A stretch of 64,000 nt of DNA from Hydrolagus affinis. Lineage: Eukaryota. The translations under genes and the position numbers were made by a program. Positions 13,451 to 24,682 of the stretch are shown piece by piece; positions within the stretch are counted from its first letter, which is position 1; each line of letters opens with the position of its first letter. The notes beneath the pieces are model-generated. The model saw only the letters and a program-made list of their open reading frames with translations. It had not been told where the DNA came from and ran no database searches. Where the stretch lies: contig JAAILG010000270.1 of assembly GCA_012026655.1 (NCBI GenBank), positions 1-64,000 on the forward strand, read 5' to 3'.

Positions 13451-13465
13451 CTTGTTCCTTCTCTT

Positions 13466-13852
13466 GCGTGCCCTTTCACCTCCACCCAAACCACTCTTCA
13501 GGGACCAAAACACAGCTTCCATGTGAGACAGCGGTTCACGTGTACTACCACCAATGTAGTATACTGCATCCGCTGCTCACGATGTGGTCTCCTCTACATT
13601 GGGGAGACTAAGCGCAGATTGTGAGACCGATTTGCAGAGCATCTTCGCTCTGTACGGAAGGTCAACCCTGATCTTCCAGTCTCCCTCCATTTCAACTTGT
13701 GCTCACATTCAGAGGCTGATCTTTCGATCCATGGTCTCCTGCGCTCTTCCAGTGACCCACAGGGAAAGCTTGAGGAACATCACCTCATCCATCTACTGGA
13801 GACACTACAGCCATCTGGACTCAACATTGATTTCAGCCATTTCAGGCCATAG
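13466..13852 (+). pseudogene. Penelope-like element ORF C-terminus, GIY-YIG endonuclease, one premature stop
   Basis: One frame reads CPFTSTQTTLQGPKHSFHVRQRFTCTTTNVVYCIRCSRCGLLYIGETKRRL*DRFAEHLRSV...PVSLHFN...LEEHHLIHLLETLQPSGLNIDFSHFRP*; VVY...YIGET, RF.EH and GLN motifs are the PLE GIY-YIG signature. Confidence 0.92.
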
Positions 13853-13863
13853 GAGTTTCCTCC

Positions 13864-13963
13864 NNNNNNNNNNNNNNNNNNNNNNNNNNNNNNNNNNNNN
13901 NNNNNNNNNNNNNNNNNNNNNNNNNNNNNNNNNNNNNNNNNNNNNNNNNNNNNNNNNNNNNNN
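13864..13963. other. Assembly gap (100 N)
   Basis: Run of N. Confidence 1.
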
Positions 13964-14350
13964 TCATAACTCCAGACACCCCCTGCCTCTCTGGTGTTTT
14001 GTTTATTCTATCACCACTAAACCCCTCTTCTCCCCAGTTTCGTTGAAACCCACTCCCTTCTATTTCTCCCCCTGAAGTCGTTATCACATATTCAACCCAT
14101 TAGTTAACACACTCTTTTTTCCTTTTCCTTTGTCTTCTTTGTCTCCTTTGTCTTCCATGTCCTGCCTCTCCCCCTTTAACGTCCTTAAGAAACCTCTCCC
14201 TCCAAACAAGCCCCAGTTCTGACAAAGGGTTGTAGACCCGAAACGTTGACTCTTTTTCCTTTCTCCATGGATGCTGCCTGACCTGCTGAGTTTCCCCAGC
14301 AACTTCTGTTTTTATTTCAGATTCCGTGCATCTGTAGTATTTGGTGTTTT
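13964..14350 (+). mobile_element. Penelope-like 3' region/pLTR with hammerhead motif (14215-14252)
   Basis: Pyrimidine-rich tract, then CAGTT-CTGACAA-AGGGTTGTAGACCC-GAAACGTT-GACTC and TGCTGCCTGACCTGCTGAGTTTCCCCAGCA; closely similar to the reverse complement of 54110-54272; lies downstream of the GIY-YIG domain across the gap. Confidence 0.85.
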
Positions 14351-14364
14351 GTTCCTTTTCTCCA

Positions 14365-14506
14365 TTCCTTCAAAACACTCTTTAAAATGTATCTGTTTGA
14401 TTGCGCCTTTGATTAACACCTTTTGATTCTCTTCCCTGCTCAATACTCCCTATGCGATGCTCAATGCTTCGAGCCGTTTAGCCTATGTGAAAGATGCTAT
14501 ATAAGT
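14365..14506 (+). mobile_element. L2 3' end fragment
   Basis: Encodes FKTLFKMYLFDCAF (L2 terminal motif); tail GTGAAAGATGCTATATAAGT resumes as GAAGTTGTT after the inserted SINE. Confidence 0.65.
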
Positions 14507-14650
14507 GGAGTCCTGTTGCTCAGTGGTTAGTGCACTAGAGACTTGGGTTCGATTCCCAGCCAGGGCAAATCTCCTTACTCTAAAAACCTGATAATAATCC
14601 CTCAAGAATCAATCCAGCGCTATATCAAATACAAGGATTATTATTATTAT
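14507..14650 (+). mobile_element. Internally deleted tRNA-SINE
   Basis: GGAGTCCTGTTGCTCAGTGGTTAG head, B-box GGTTCGATTCC, joined via AATCC directly to the tail AGCGCTATATCAAATACAAGG(ATT)n; AGTGGA occurs on both sides. Confidence 0.85.
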
Positions 14651-14719
14651 AGTGGAAGTTGTTATATTTTACAATGAACGAAAGCGCAAGTGAACAAGGA
14701 TTTTAAAAGAAGGCTACTT

Positions 14720-14980
14720 GTAACAACTTTTTTCTTGGTAAGAAACAAATAGACTTTCGCAGAATCTGATTCCATAGAGTTGGAGTAAGTGGTTGACTGG
14801 AGAAGGGGAAGATATAAGTATAGAAAAGTGTAGTATAGGATAGTATTAGACAGGTATATAAGGATAAAGGCTTGAAGGAAAATGGGCAGTGGTATTGATT
14901 AAACACCTTGCTGTGACAGCCAGTGCAGACTTGATGAGCCAAATGGCTTCCTTCAGTGCTGTAAATTTCTATAATTCAAT
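14720..14980 (+). mobile_element. CR1 LINE 3' end
   Basis: GCCAGTGCAGACTTGATGAGCCAAATGGCTTCCTTCAGTGCTGTAAATTTCTATAATTC, typical CR1 terminal hairpin and TTCTAT repeat. Confidence 0.75.
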
Positions 14981-16034
14981 AGCAATGCCCGAGAGTGTGT
15001 TATTATGCTCAAAGCCAACTCTGTTATTATCATTGTTCCTGTAAACCAACGGTGAACAGCTTACCAATTATAGACACAAAAATTGCAGGCAAAAGAGTTT
15101 TTTTATTGTGCCACCGAGTCTAATTAAACAAAATTAGAGGGAAGCTTTCACTTTTTTTGGTGAGGGTGCAATCTCTTTCATGTGACGTCAGTGGACAATA
15201 GTTTCATTCACAATACATTATAGCCCCTTGATGTTAATTAGCAGGCAAAAGCGGAAACTGTTTTGAAAAAATATTAATAATAGCATTTGGCCTCAGCATT
15301 AATTCAATACGTAGGACTATTTATTGCCTTGTAAACTCAGGGCTTGTTCAGTTTATTGCTTAATCATATGATGGCTATTTAACCAATCAAGCTGAACATT
15401 TGTGCCCACTGGTCCAATACATATAAAATGCCTCGACAACTGGCATGATACATGTCCTATTAGTCTATATAGCACTCCAGCTAAGCAGCAATTTATTCAA
15501 ACATAATGTGATATTGATCGTAAAACAGATGACAACGTGAGGGTTTGCAGGATTGCTGAACAATGCACTACGGGAGTTTATTTGCAGTTTGCTCAATTTC
15601 ATTTTTGAGCGAACCATATTCGTATCTCGTTATGTTTTGAATTCTTTTGAATGTTCCACATGTGATTTGATGACGTTTACACTGTATAGAGATGATGCGG
15701 GGCCTAGTTTGCGTTATTTCAATACAATTGCTTAATAAGAAATCTAAATCTTGCAAATGGGGGTGGGGAAAGGGGGGCTAAACTGACCTGCAGGAACTTG
15801 GCTCTGACGTTATCTACTTCTGGAGCAGAATACCCCTGAGAACAGAAATGTGGACAAGATTTCTCATTAAGAAAATCCTGTACAGAACGACTGCAAGTTA
15901 GACCCCTATTATAGGCTGAGAAAGATTCGTTTTGATAAGTACCGAGGTGACAGTAGCAATTACTTTCTAAATTAAAACTTGTTTTTAATATTTTAAACAT
16001 GATGAAGAATGTAATACTTTGCTAATGTATTTCA

Positions 16035-16420
16035 AAACTGGTCCACAGTGAGGAGTCCCTAAAGAATAAAATCATATTGTACAAGGTACTAGCTAATACA
16101 GGTCATGTCCCGGGTTCTATTCCTGGCTTGTGCGGAATTAGCTGATTTCAGTGGACAGCAGTTGGGGACACGACAATTGATTTCAGTGTCCCCCAGGATA
16201 CATTGTGATCACTATCCAGCCACTCCCTGCTGAAATGTATACATGTCTAAATGTTGGGCGAGGACAAAATCAGACAAATCTGATTCACTCCATAGCTGAA
16301 CAGCTTTGCAATACACTCACTGGGTAGGCTAACATGTGAGGAACAGCCAGCCACTCAAGTAAGGCACAGGACAAGTCTTACCATCAGTGGAACCTTAATG
16401 GAGCATGAGTACAGTACTTA
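16035..16420 (+). mobile_element. Ancient AmnSINE2-like SINE, near full length
   Basis: CCGGGTTCTATTCCTGGCTTGTGCGGAATTAGCTGATTTCAG...ACAATTG...TGATCACTATCCAG...GGGCGAGGACA...ACACTCACTGGGTAGGCT follows the recalled AmnSINE2 consensus in order; related copies at 39985-40380, 48120-48260, 58449-58628. Confidence 0.65.
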
Positions 16421-17411
16421 TCATCTGGGCAACTAATATATAGTGATAGGGGGGGGCATATGGTTGGACACATTTACAACCTCAATATGGTGGCAATTTC
16501 CATCAAAAGAGATGGCTGAATTCTGGGACATCTTCTTAAAACAACCCAATGTTTCTCATTGGTGAAGATAATAAACACCATTTTGTTTGATTTTTAAAAA
16601 AACCAAATTCATCCACGTTCTTCCTTCTTTAACTCATAGGACATCTAGTGGTAATTCACATAACAACATGCCCTGACCTCTGTTCTGATAAATAATCTCC
16701 GAATTTAAAGAGAGGTTTAGATTCCAAAACACTATGCCAGTGATTCTTTGGAACAGGGCCAATTCATGCAATGGTTCAATGGGTAATGAATTAAAACATG
16801 TCAATCGATAATGATCCTCATTTCTGGATTGGTTCTATAGAAAGGCCTTGATTATTTTGCTTACTTACTTATTTAGTTACCCTTAAAACATTTAACACAG
16901 TGAAATGCAATTTAGCTTGCAATATTTCTCTTACAGATGCTTATAAATTATTTTGTATGTTGTTGTGTCCTCAAAGCATCTCGTTAATTAAAACTCTGCA
17001 ATGCCACTATTTTACAATTATTAAACAAGTTTGAAGGCAAATGTACCTTCTGAAAAAGCACTGTACTGACAGAATTGTCAGCACTAAGCCAGATCCGTCA
17101 GAGTCAAGCACTCAAGTGCACACTGTAGTAATGTATTTAATGTATATTTTATTTCAGTACGTTGACTACTATTTCCCATTTGGAACTTTTTGGCAGTCCA
17201 TCTATACAAGACTCAAGTCAAGGTCAAAGCTTATTCTGCGTGATAAAAATGGCTTGCATTGAAAGAGTAAGCAAACAAGAATTACAGAAAACAGACAAAC
17301 ATCTATCTCGAAAGACCTGGAATTAGAGAAAAGCAGAACTGAATTATTATACACAAAAATCCCAGAAGCAAGAATTTAGAGAACAAGAGTATCTTATTTT
17401 ACTCATAAAAT

Positions 17412-17645
17412 ATAATAATAAGACTTGCATTTGATATAATGCTTTTCACATCTTCTAGGTGTCTCAAAGTGTTTCAATAATGTACTGTAAAGTGAATTGA
17501 CTGTATATTTGTGGGCGACTGCCAATTGCGCAAAGCAGCGTCCCACAATCAATCGTGATTGAAGTGAACAATTTATTATTGGGTTTTATAATAATAATCC
17601 TTGTGCTTGACATAGCACCTTAATACATTGTTGAGACATCTCATA
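17412..17645 (-). mobile_element. Two adjacent SINE 3' fragments (main family)
   Basis: Antisense tail plus body at 17412-17580, second antisense tail at 17589-17645. Confidence 0.85.
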
Positions 17646-18529
17646 GGTCAACCAACATTTGATCAAAAATTGGTTGCAGAAAAGCTCAAAATAGGCACAA
17701 CATTTAAAAATGTATTTTATTAATTACAAATGAATTTAGCTTAATTACCTTTAAAGATTGAAGGGAGTGTAAGTTTTGCGTATCACTAATTACATTGTAA
17801 CATCAACAAATTATATTCTGAATAGACGTGTGGTTTACGGCACATTGTTATACTGCACTACTTTGTAGGAGTTCTCAATCCGTTCTAGTGACAGAGACTA
17901 GACTCCAACCAAAAGTATACAAGTTCAAGTTCCAGTATTGATTATCATTCAGACTTACTTTCACTGAACACATCTAACTAGCTCTGGATGGCAAGAATGG
18001 GTCAGAGCAATGCTTCTTCCTTAGGAGAAAGACAAGCCGTCAGACTCAGTTTCGTTAGTACACTTGGGAATGTTCAGTCCTCTCCATTGAACAATGAAAA
18101 AGGAAACTGAGTGGTGGGAATTACCAGCAGGTAAAAACAAAAATAGATTTTATAATATTTACCATTCATATCCTTTGCTTGTTGAATTAATTCCAAAAGA
18201 AACAAAAAGCAATGGAACAGGAAAACATCATTGATCCCATGAATCCCATTGCTTTCCATACACCCTATTATGCTTCAGTTTGGTGAGAAAGGCAAACTAA
18301 CCACATGTAAAACTGCCAAGCTCTCCCTAACAGGTAAAACCCCCAAGAAGATAAGTGCATTCCCTAAATCTCAATCAATCAAACAAAACTTCAAACCATC
18401 AATCCAATCTCTCAACCCATATTATTTGAACTCTAGCCAGTTGTATTCCACAGATGACACTTCCAAGGTCCCAGTAGCACTGCATATTTGATCATCTGCG
18501 TTTATCCTTATCTTGTAACCTTCAATCCC

Positions 18530-19250
18530 ATTCTTCAGCAGATATTATCCAGCTCTTTTCTAAAGGAGTTAATTGGCATAACATTAACTGCTTTTGCTGG
18601 CAGTTTATTTTACATATCCACTACTCTGGGAAAAAAAATCTTATCTCTCGTCTCACATGAGACTTGTTAATTTTGTACTTGTGTCCTCTAGTTCTACGTT
18701 TACGGTCTAAGTTAAGTAACCTGGTTAAATCTATATTTGCCATTCTTCTCAACACATCCCGTATCAATCTTACGGCCTCCAATGAAAACAGGTTTATGTC
18801 TGAGAATCTCCCTTCAGGATCCAGTTCTACGGTTTAGAACCTTGACCCTCTATACTGAACTCTCTTCGACAGCCCTTTTGAAGATGGAATGGCAAAAACT
18901 ATGCACAATGTTCCAAAAGTAGTGTTACTAATGAATTATACAGAGGTAAGATAACCTGTTTCAAATTATAGTCAAATGCCCTCGAGATGCATCCAAGTAC
19001 TTGATTAGTCTCTTTGATAACAGCCTCACATTGACTGGATACCTTCAGCGAATGATCAGTATTCACACCAGTTCACGGTGTACTGCTATTTCCTATATGC
19101 GTCTTCCCGAATTTGTCTATAATGAAATACTGTCATTTCTTAGACCATTCATTTACTTTGCCCAGATTCCTTCAAACACTATAATTTCCCCTTATATTTG
19201 TCAGCTGACCAGTCAGCTTTATGTCATCAGCAAGTGTTCCATTATGATAA
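18530..19250 (-). mobile_element. Degraded CR1 ORF2 3' region
   Basis: Minus strand gives CEAVIKETNQVLGCISRAFDYNLKQVILPLYNSLVTLLLEHCA, matching the CR1 motif ANxxLGxIxR...ILPLYxxLVRPHLEYC; RTRGH motif near 18680-18695. Confidence 0.8.
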
Positions 19251-22200
19251 GAGAAAGTACTAGTTTTGTTTGATTAGAAAGAAAACCTTCACTAACCGCA
19301 TAGTAACACCATATCCTTTATGTACATTTACACTTAGATAACCGAACAAACATTACAGATATATTTTTTAGCAACTCATTTCAAACATTCAGACTAATGT
19401 ATGAACTAATATTTTAGCTAATCGGGCAAATGAAGATCCTGTCATGTGGCTATTAGCAGGTTAATTAAGCAATAGTGAAAGAGATACTTGAGGTTATCAT
19501 ACATTTAGCACAATAGGATTTGTTTTGGCATGAAATGAAGTAGAGTGCTGAAACTAATCTTAAAGTGTTAATATACATGAGCATATCTTCAAGTTAATTA
19601 TTGGCAAAAGAATTCATCTACCTCTGTGAATTCACTAATGGATATTTGAAAAGAGATTATGCTTGGTGGATGTCTACACAAATTAGTTTGATGAGGCTTG
19701 CTTGACTATTACCATAAAGACTATACGTGTGAGTAAAGTGCAGTACCCTTGTGCTCATGTCTGCACTCATGTCTGGAGTAATCAAAAGACAGGAAAGAAA
19801 GAGAATATGAAATGTATTTTCCATCGGCATCAGGAAATTGTTAATAAAATATACTAATCTAAAAGTTATATTTGGAATCAAAGAGACTGTATTACATTTC
19901 TGACCATGGTAAATTGGATTTTAAATATATTAAAGATCAAACTTATACACATTACCCTTATTCAAAATCAACCTGGCCATAAATTTCAAAGGATATAATT
20001 ATTAGTTAAAAGGCCTGACTTTCTGATCACTGGTCTCTTGTGCTAGTATTGTGTTAATTCTGCATCTCTCATGTTAATCCCAGCTCAGATTGTGGGTCCA
20101 TTTTAATATGTTATTTCTATTAAGAATCATTATTGATGGCTGAGAATAATATCTTACTTTCATAATACTGTACTGTATTGCGCTTGTGCCACAAAATGCT
20201 TAGTCCCACTTGTGCCATTAGGTTGAAATCCTCGTGACAATTAATTAATTATCAACTAATTGTATTTTTAAAAAAAGGCAGAGAATGTATGACACTTGTG
20301 AGGGCCAGACCAAACAATTTAAGTATACCTTTTACATGCAAAATGGCTTTGAAAAATATTTTTGTAATAATCATAAATTATTTCAAGATTTTATTTTCTC
20401 AGTGTAACAATCAATGCAATATTAGTTTAGATTAAATATACTGTAGCCTAGAACATTTTGATACGATAGCTTAAGTGGGGCAACACAAAGTGGTACAGTA
20501 CCGCCTTTTGTAATTCTCTTACAGGATTTAAAAGAACTATTGCAAAGGAGATATCCACAGAACAGAGAAAGTTCATGCAAAATGAACTTTGCAAAATTGC
20601 AACCATTTGGGTAAAATTTAGATCAACAGTGAGAAGGAAACTAGCTTCACAAATAATAGATGATGTGAATAACTAAATGTAATGCTACATATATGACTTG
20701 TATGTAATATCAATATGCAAAAGTTTCGAAATATATTCATCCACTTTCACGTAGCACTTTGAGACTTCCATTAAACCATGATAAGCAGATCATAACATGG
20801 TGCTTCAAAGCCTGAATTAAAATAATACATTGCAGTACAACAGACCAGCACTTTTACAAATGACATAAGCGAATACCGACATTTACATTCATACCTCTTA
20901 GCTAGAGTTCATTAAAAAACAATGTGATGAGCGTATATTTTGCACTTGTGAATGGCCTTGTTATTTGTGCAGTTTTGGAATGACCATCCGAAGTCAAACC
21001 TTTCTCTGACATGACCCAACCCCATAAAGAATCCTGTCATAGTCTCCGCATGCCATATTAAGATCAGCTGTTAAATTTCCCCACCACCCCCTCACCAGTG
21101 CCTCTCAAGTAACACTGCCTTCAGCTATTGACCATTTCTAAATCATGCAAGAATTGGTACCAAACACTTTAAGAATGAACAGCAAGTATGACAAGAGTTC
21201 CAAATGGTTTTGGAACCATCTGTGCGTTTAACAATTTGCGTTCTTCAACAAAAGATTCATAGACCCAAAATCTGTTACAGGCAAATCAGTTCCTCTTCCT
21301 GTGAACTCCAATCTTCCTTGCTTGTGCATATGCCAGATGGTGTCACACTACATGTCAGAAGATAATAAAGGAAACATACAGCGAGCTTGGAGCAGGTTGG
21401 TTCTATTTGAAATAATCTTGTCATTTGTCACTTCGCAGGGAGCTGAGCAGGTTTTGTTATCATCAAGAACATTTTCGACAAACTGGAACAAAAAAAATCA
21501 AAGCTTTTAGGCATTGGACAGAACAGACTTAAACGCAGAAAATTATACTATGAGAAATCACATGATGCCGGATTAAAAACAACAGCAGAGGAGTTTCACA
21601 CCCAACCCTTCTTAATTTTATTCTGGCTTAAATAGCTGCCTGCTTGCTAACAGTTTCACAACTGAGACTTGACAATCTCCACTTCAGGAAATTGAGGTAC
21701 AGTTGCAATGGGATGCCCTCCAAATAAAATCTAACAAGGAAGAAACAGGAACAGATAGCGAACCATTGTGTCAGGATAAGCACACTGCTGCTGTGATTAA
21801 AGAATTGGTGCTGACTTTAAAGCATCTGCACCTTTGACCAAAGTAAATGATTGCATTTCTTTACAGTCTGTCTTGCGAAGAGGAGAAAGCTCTGGAACTG
21901 GCTGAATGACAGTGTGAGCTGCACAAAGCAGCTGACCCTGTTTAAGGGTAAATACTTTGGATATCAGGGAGTCTGGTTCCCTGTTTCAAAGCTTTGAGTC
22001 TACCGAAGGATGTCTCACCAGAATCATTGTCTGCTAGTGGCATAGGAGCACAAATGGCCACAAACGATGTTGGAATATACAGACCTGAACGAGACCAATT
22101 GCAGATCATCTAGTCACTTCATGCATGACCATAGGACATGGACAAGAATCTCTATTTGTCATATTTTATACCCTGCTAGATGGATTTCACTTACCTTTAG

Positions 22201-23349
22201 CTAAATAACAGGAAGATGTATACAGATGTATACATATATACATGTATACAGAAATGCATAGATATCACTATATATTAATTTTATTATAATGACATTATTC
22301 TATGTTGGCGCTGAACTTTGTGACTTTCATATCTGCGGAACTGTCTCGGTTTGTTCGAGAAAATGTGATATAAAATATGACTCGATCTTTAATATTGGAA
22401 TCAATTGGTAGCTACACTCAAATATGCAATAACATAATTCAGGTAGTGACAGCTGTTCTGGCCAAACAATAATTTTATGCACCCGAGATTTCAATATATG
22501 GGAGAAGTAGCTGGTGTTTTAATAAATCTGATACTTTCTGCACTGTAGATTGTACTTTCCTTTAATTCTCAGTCATGCATCAGTGTACTGCTTATACCCC
22601 AGTACTTCTCATTTTCCACATAAAGCACCAGGTGAGCATTATTCCATTCAATATCTAATGAATAGCATTAGGTAATAAAATATTTATGTAAATCATAATT
22701 TCAGCATTAGCTGGTCCCATTGTTAAATGCATAGAGTCATCATAATAAACTTGAATAATTCAACTTTTATTAAACCTTGAACTATGACATTGGATTGATC
22801 TCCAGTCTACTGTAGTCAAAAACATGTCAGTGGTGATTTTTCACATAGCCTTTTACACCCATGAGAGCTGCCATCGTATTGCACAGATACTTGTGAACCC
22901 AATTTTCAAAGTACCAGGAGTATTACCCCCCACTCAGTTGTTGTATTTGTGGTTCAGTTGTTGGCTGAAGATGCTAACAGTCTCTAAAGCTTTGCAAAGG
23001 CTGAACTTCTGCGAGATTTGGGCAACATACTGCTAAACTACAGGCATTTGCTTTCATTTGATGACATCTACTTCTTTCTTTTTCCCTTTCCAGCCTTATG
23101 TTTACTTTAATTCGCAGTTGTTTACTTCCATTGGTAATTCCTGAATATTTTCTAAACATTATTTATTGTGATCAAAAAGTCAAAGGCATGGACCATGAAG
23201 GAGGTGAGGGAAAGGGCAAAATGAAATCAACCCAGCATGGCATTTCCAAGAGCGTTCCAATTACAATCAACTCAATTGTTATGCCATCCTATTATAGCTA
23301 AATTTCTGTTAATATCCTGCAAGTTGTAAATGGTTCCTACACTTCTCAA

Positions 23350-23480
23350 CTATCAAGAAAGTATGTCAAATAGCTGGCTGTATTGTAAAGGCATTTAATT
23401 AAAACATCTTATTTTAACTTGTGTAACTCATTGATCAGGCTACATTCTGGAGCAAAATTTTGGGCACTCTCTCTTCCAAA
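23350..23480 (+). mobile_element. Degraded CR1 ORF2 fragment
   Basis: GGCTGTATTGTAAAGGCATTTAATTA...TCATTGATCAGGCTACATTCTGGAG resembles the CR1 GCI...LVRPHLE region. Confidence 0.45.
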
Positions 23481-23922
23481 GAGAATTTATTGGTGAGTGT
23501 TTTGGTGTCAAGTGTAAATCATGAATCTGGGACTTAAAAATTCATAACTCTGTTATGAACTGTGGCACAAAGGAAATTGAAGGGATATAAAGGCAAGACA
23601 TTTATACTAGATGTATGCCACACATTTGGGGGTAAATTGCGTACAAACACAAAGTTAGTGGCTCTTGGCTGATTTGGGATGTTGGAACAATTGAGGAACA
23701 CACCATGACATAATGCCCTTTTACAAGCATGATTTGGAATGGAAGAAGTGGGAAGTGATTGAGTAATCTGCAATGAAATTGATGGGTTTGCTGTGAATAC
23801 TTAATGGGTTTACCTGCACAGCTGTTTATGTGCTGGGGGGTCAGGTGGCTCAGGGGTACAAAGCCTGGAACAAGAGTAAGATTGGTGAGTGATGAGTCTG
23901 AGGTGGGGGGAAGTCACAGCCC

Positions 23923-23975
23923 CAGGAAGAGAGGAGGCAGGAAGAGAGGAGGCAGGAAGAGAGGAGGCAGGAAGA
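23923..23975 (+). repeat. 15-bp tandem repeat (CAGGAAGAGAGGAGG) x about 3.5
   Basis: Directly visible; produces the PASSL repeat in minus-strand ORF 23810-24139. Confidence 0.95.
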
Positions 23976-24129
23976 CCTGAGGGATAGGAATTAGAAGAGG
24001 TAAAAAGCAATGAGGGTAACAGTGAATGGATAGAGCGCAGCAGGCACAAGGAGAAAATGAGCAAAGATAGAGAATGAGCAACTGTGATTGAGTAAAGTGA
24101 GCAGCATTTCACAAACATATCAGGGAAAC

Positions 24130-24332
24130 AAGAGTACAAAATTAATGTACAAAATTATATCTGGTGGATCCAGATATATGAAGACATTGGGTACCGTCAT
24201 TCCTTATCAAGGAATCCAATTAGAAACCACCACTGTTAGAACACATTGTTTCAATAGAATTGTAGATATATAGAATGGATGAAAGTAATTGACACTAAAA
24301 TGATTCACAGAGAAGCTTGATGAATATCTGAC
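24130..24332 (+). mobile_element. Degraded CR1 3' fragment
   Basis: ATGTACAAAATTATATCTGG (MYKIISG), RTHCFNRIVDI and AAGCTTGATGAATATCTG (KLDEYL) resemble the CR1 ORF2 end. Confidence 0.55.
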
Positions 24333-24365
24333 CAACAAAATAATTGAATGTATGGTCACAATTGA

Positions 24366-24682
24366 GGAGGCTTGTAGCTCAGTGGTTAGAGCACTTGCCT
24401 CGCAAGCAAGAAACCTGAGTTCGATTCCTGGCAGGGCAAAACCTTGGACAAGTTTCCTTAGTCCACATGCTTGATAATATTCCCTCAAGAATAAAAAACA
24501 ATAATAAATTAGTTCACTTCAATCCATGACTGTTTGTGGGACACCACTGTGCTCAATTGACTGTCGTGTTTCGCCCACAATTATACAGTCAATTCACTTT
24601 ACAGTGTATTCTGTGAAGCACTTTGAGATGTCTAGAAGACTTGAAAAGCAAGAAGACTTCAAATGCAAGGATTGTTATTATT
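24366..24682 (+). mobile_element. Full-length tRNA-derived SINE (main family)
   Basis: A-box TAGCTCAGTGG, B-box GTTCGATTCC, conserved body, L2-like tail with (ATT)n. Confidence 0.93.

Noticed and set aside
23810-24139. PASSL-repeat protein
   Set aside because: Simply a 15-bp tandem repeat in purine-rich, probably LINE-derived DNA.
24366-24440. tRNA gene (also 14507, 27520, 38480, 43963, 55630, 58145)
   Set aside because: A/B boxes are SINE heads attached to SINE bodies; no convincing cloverleaf or acceptor stem.
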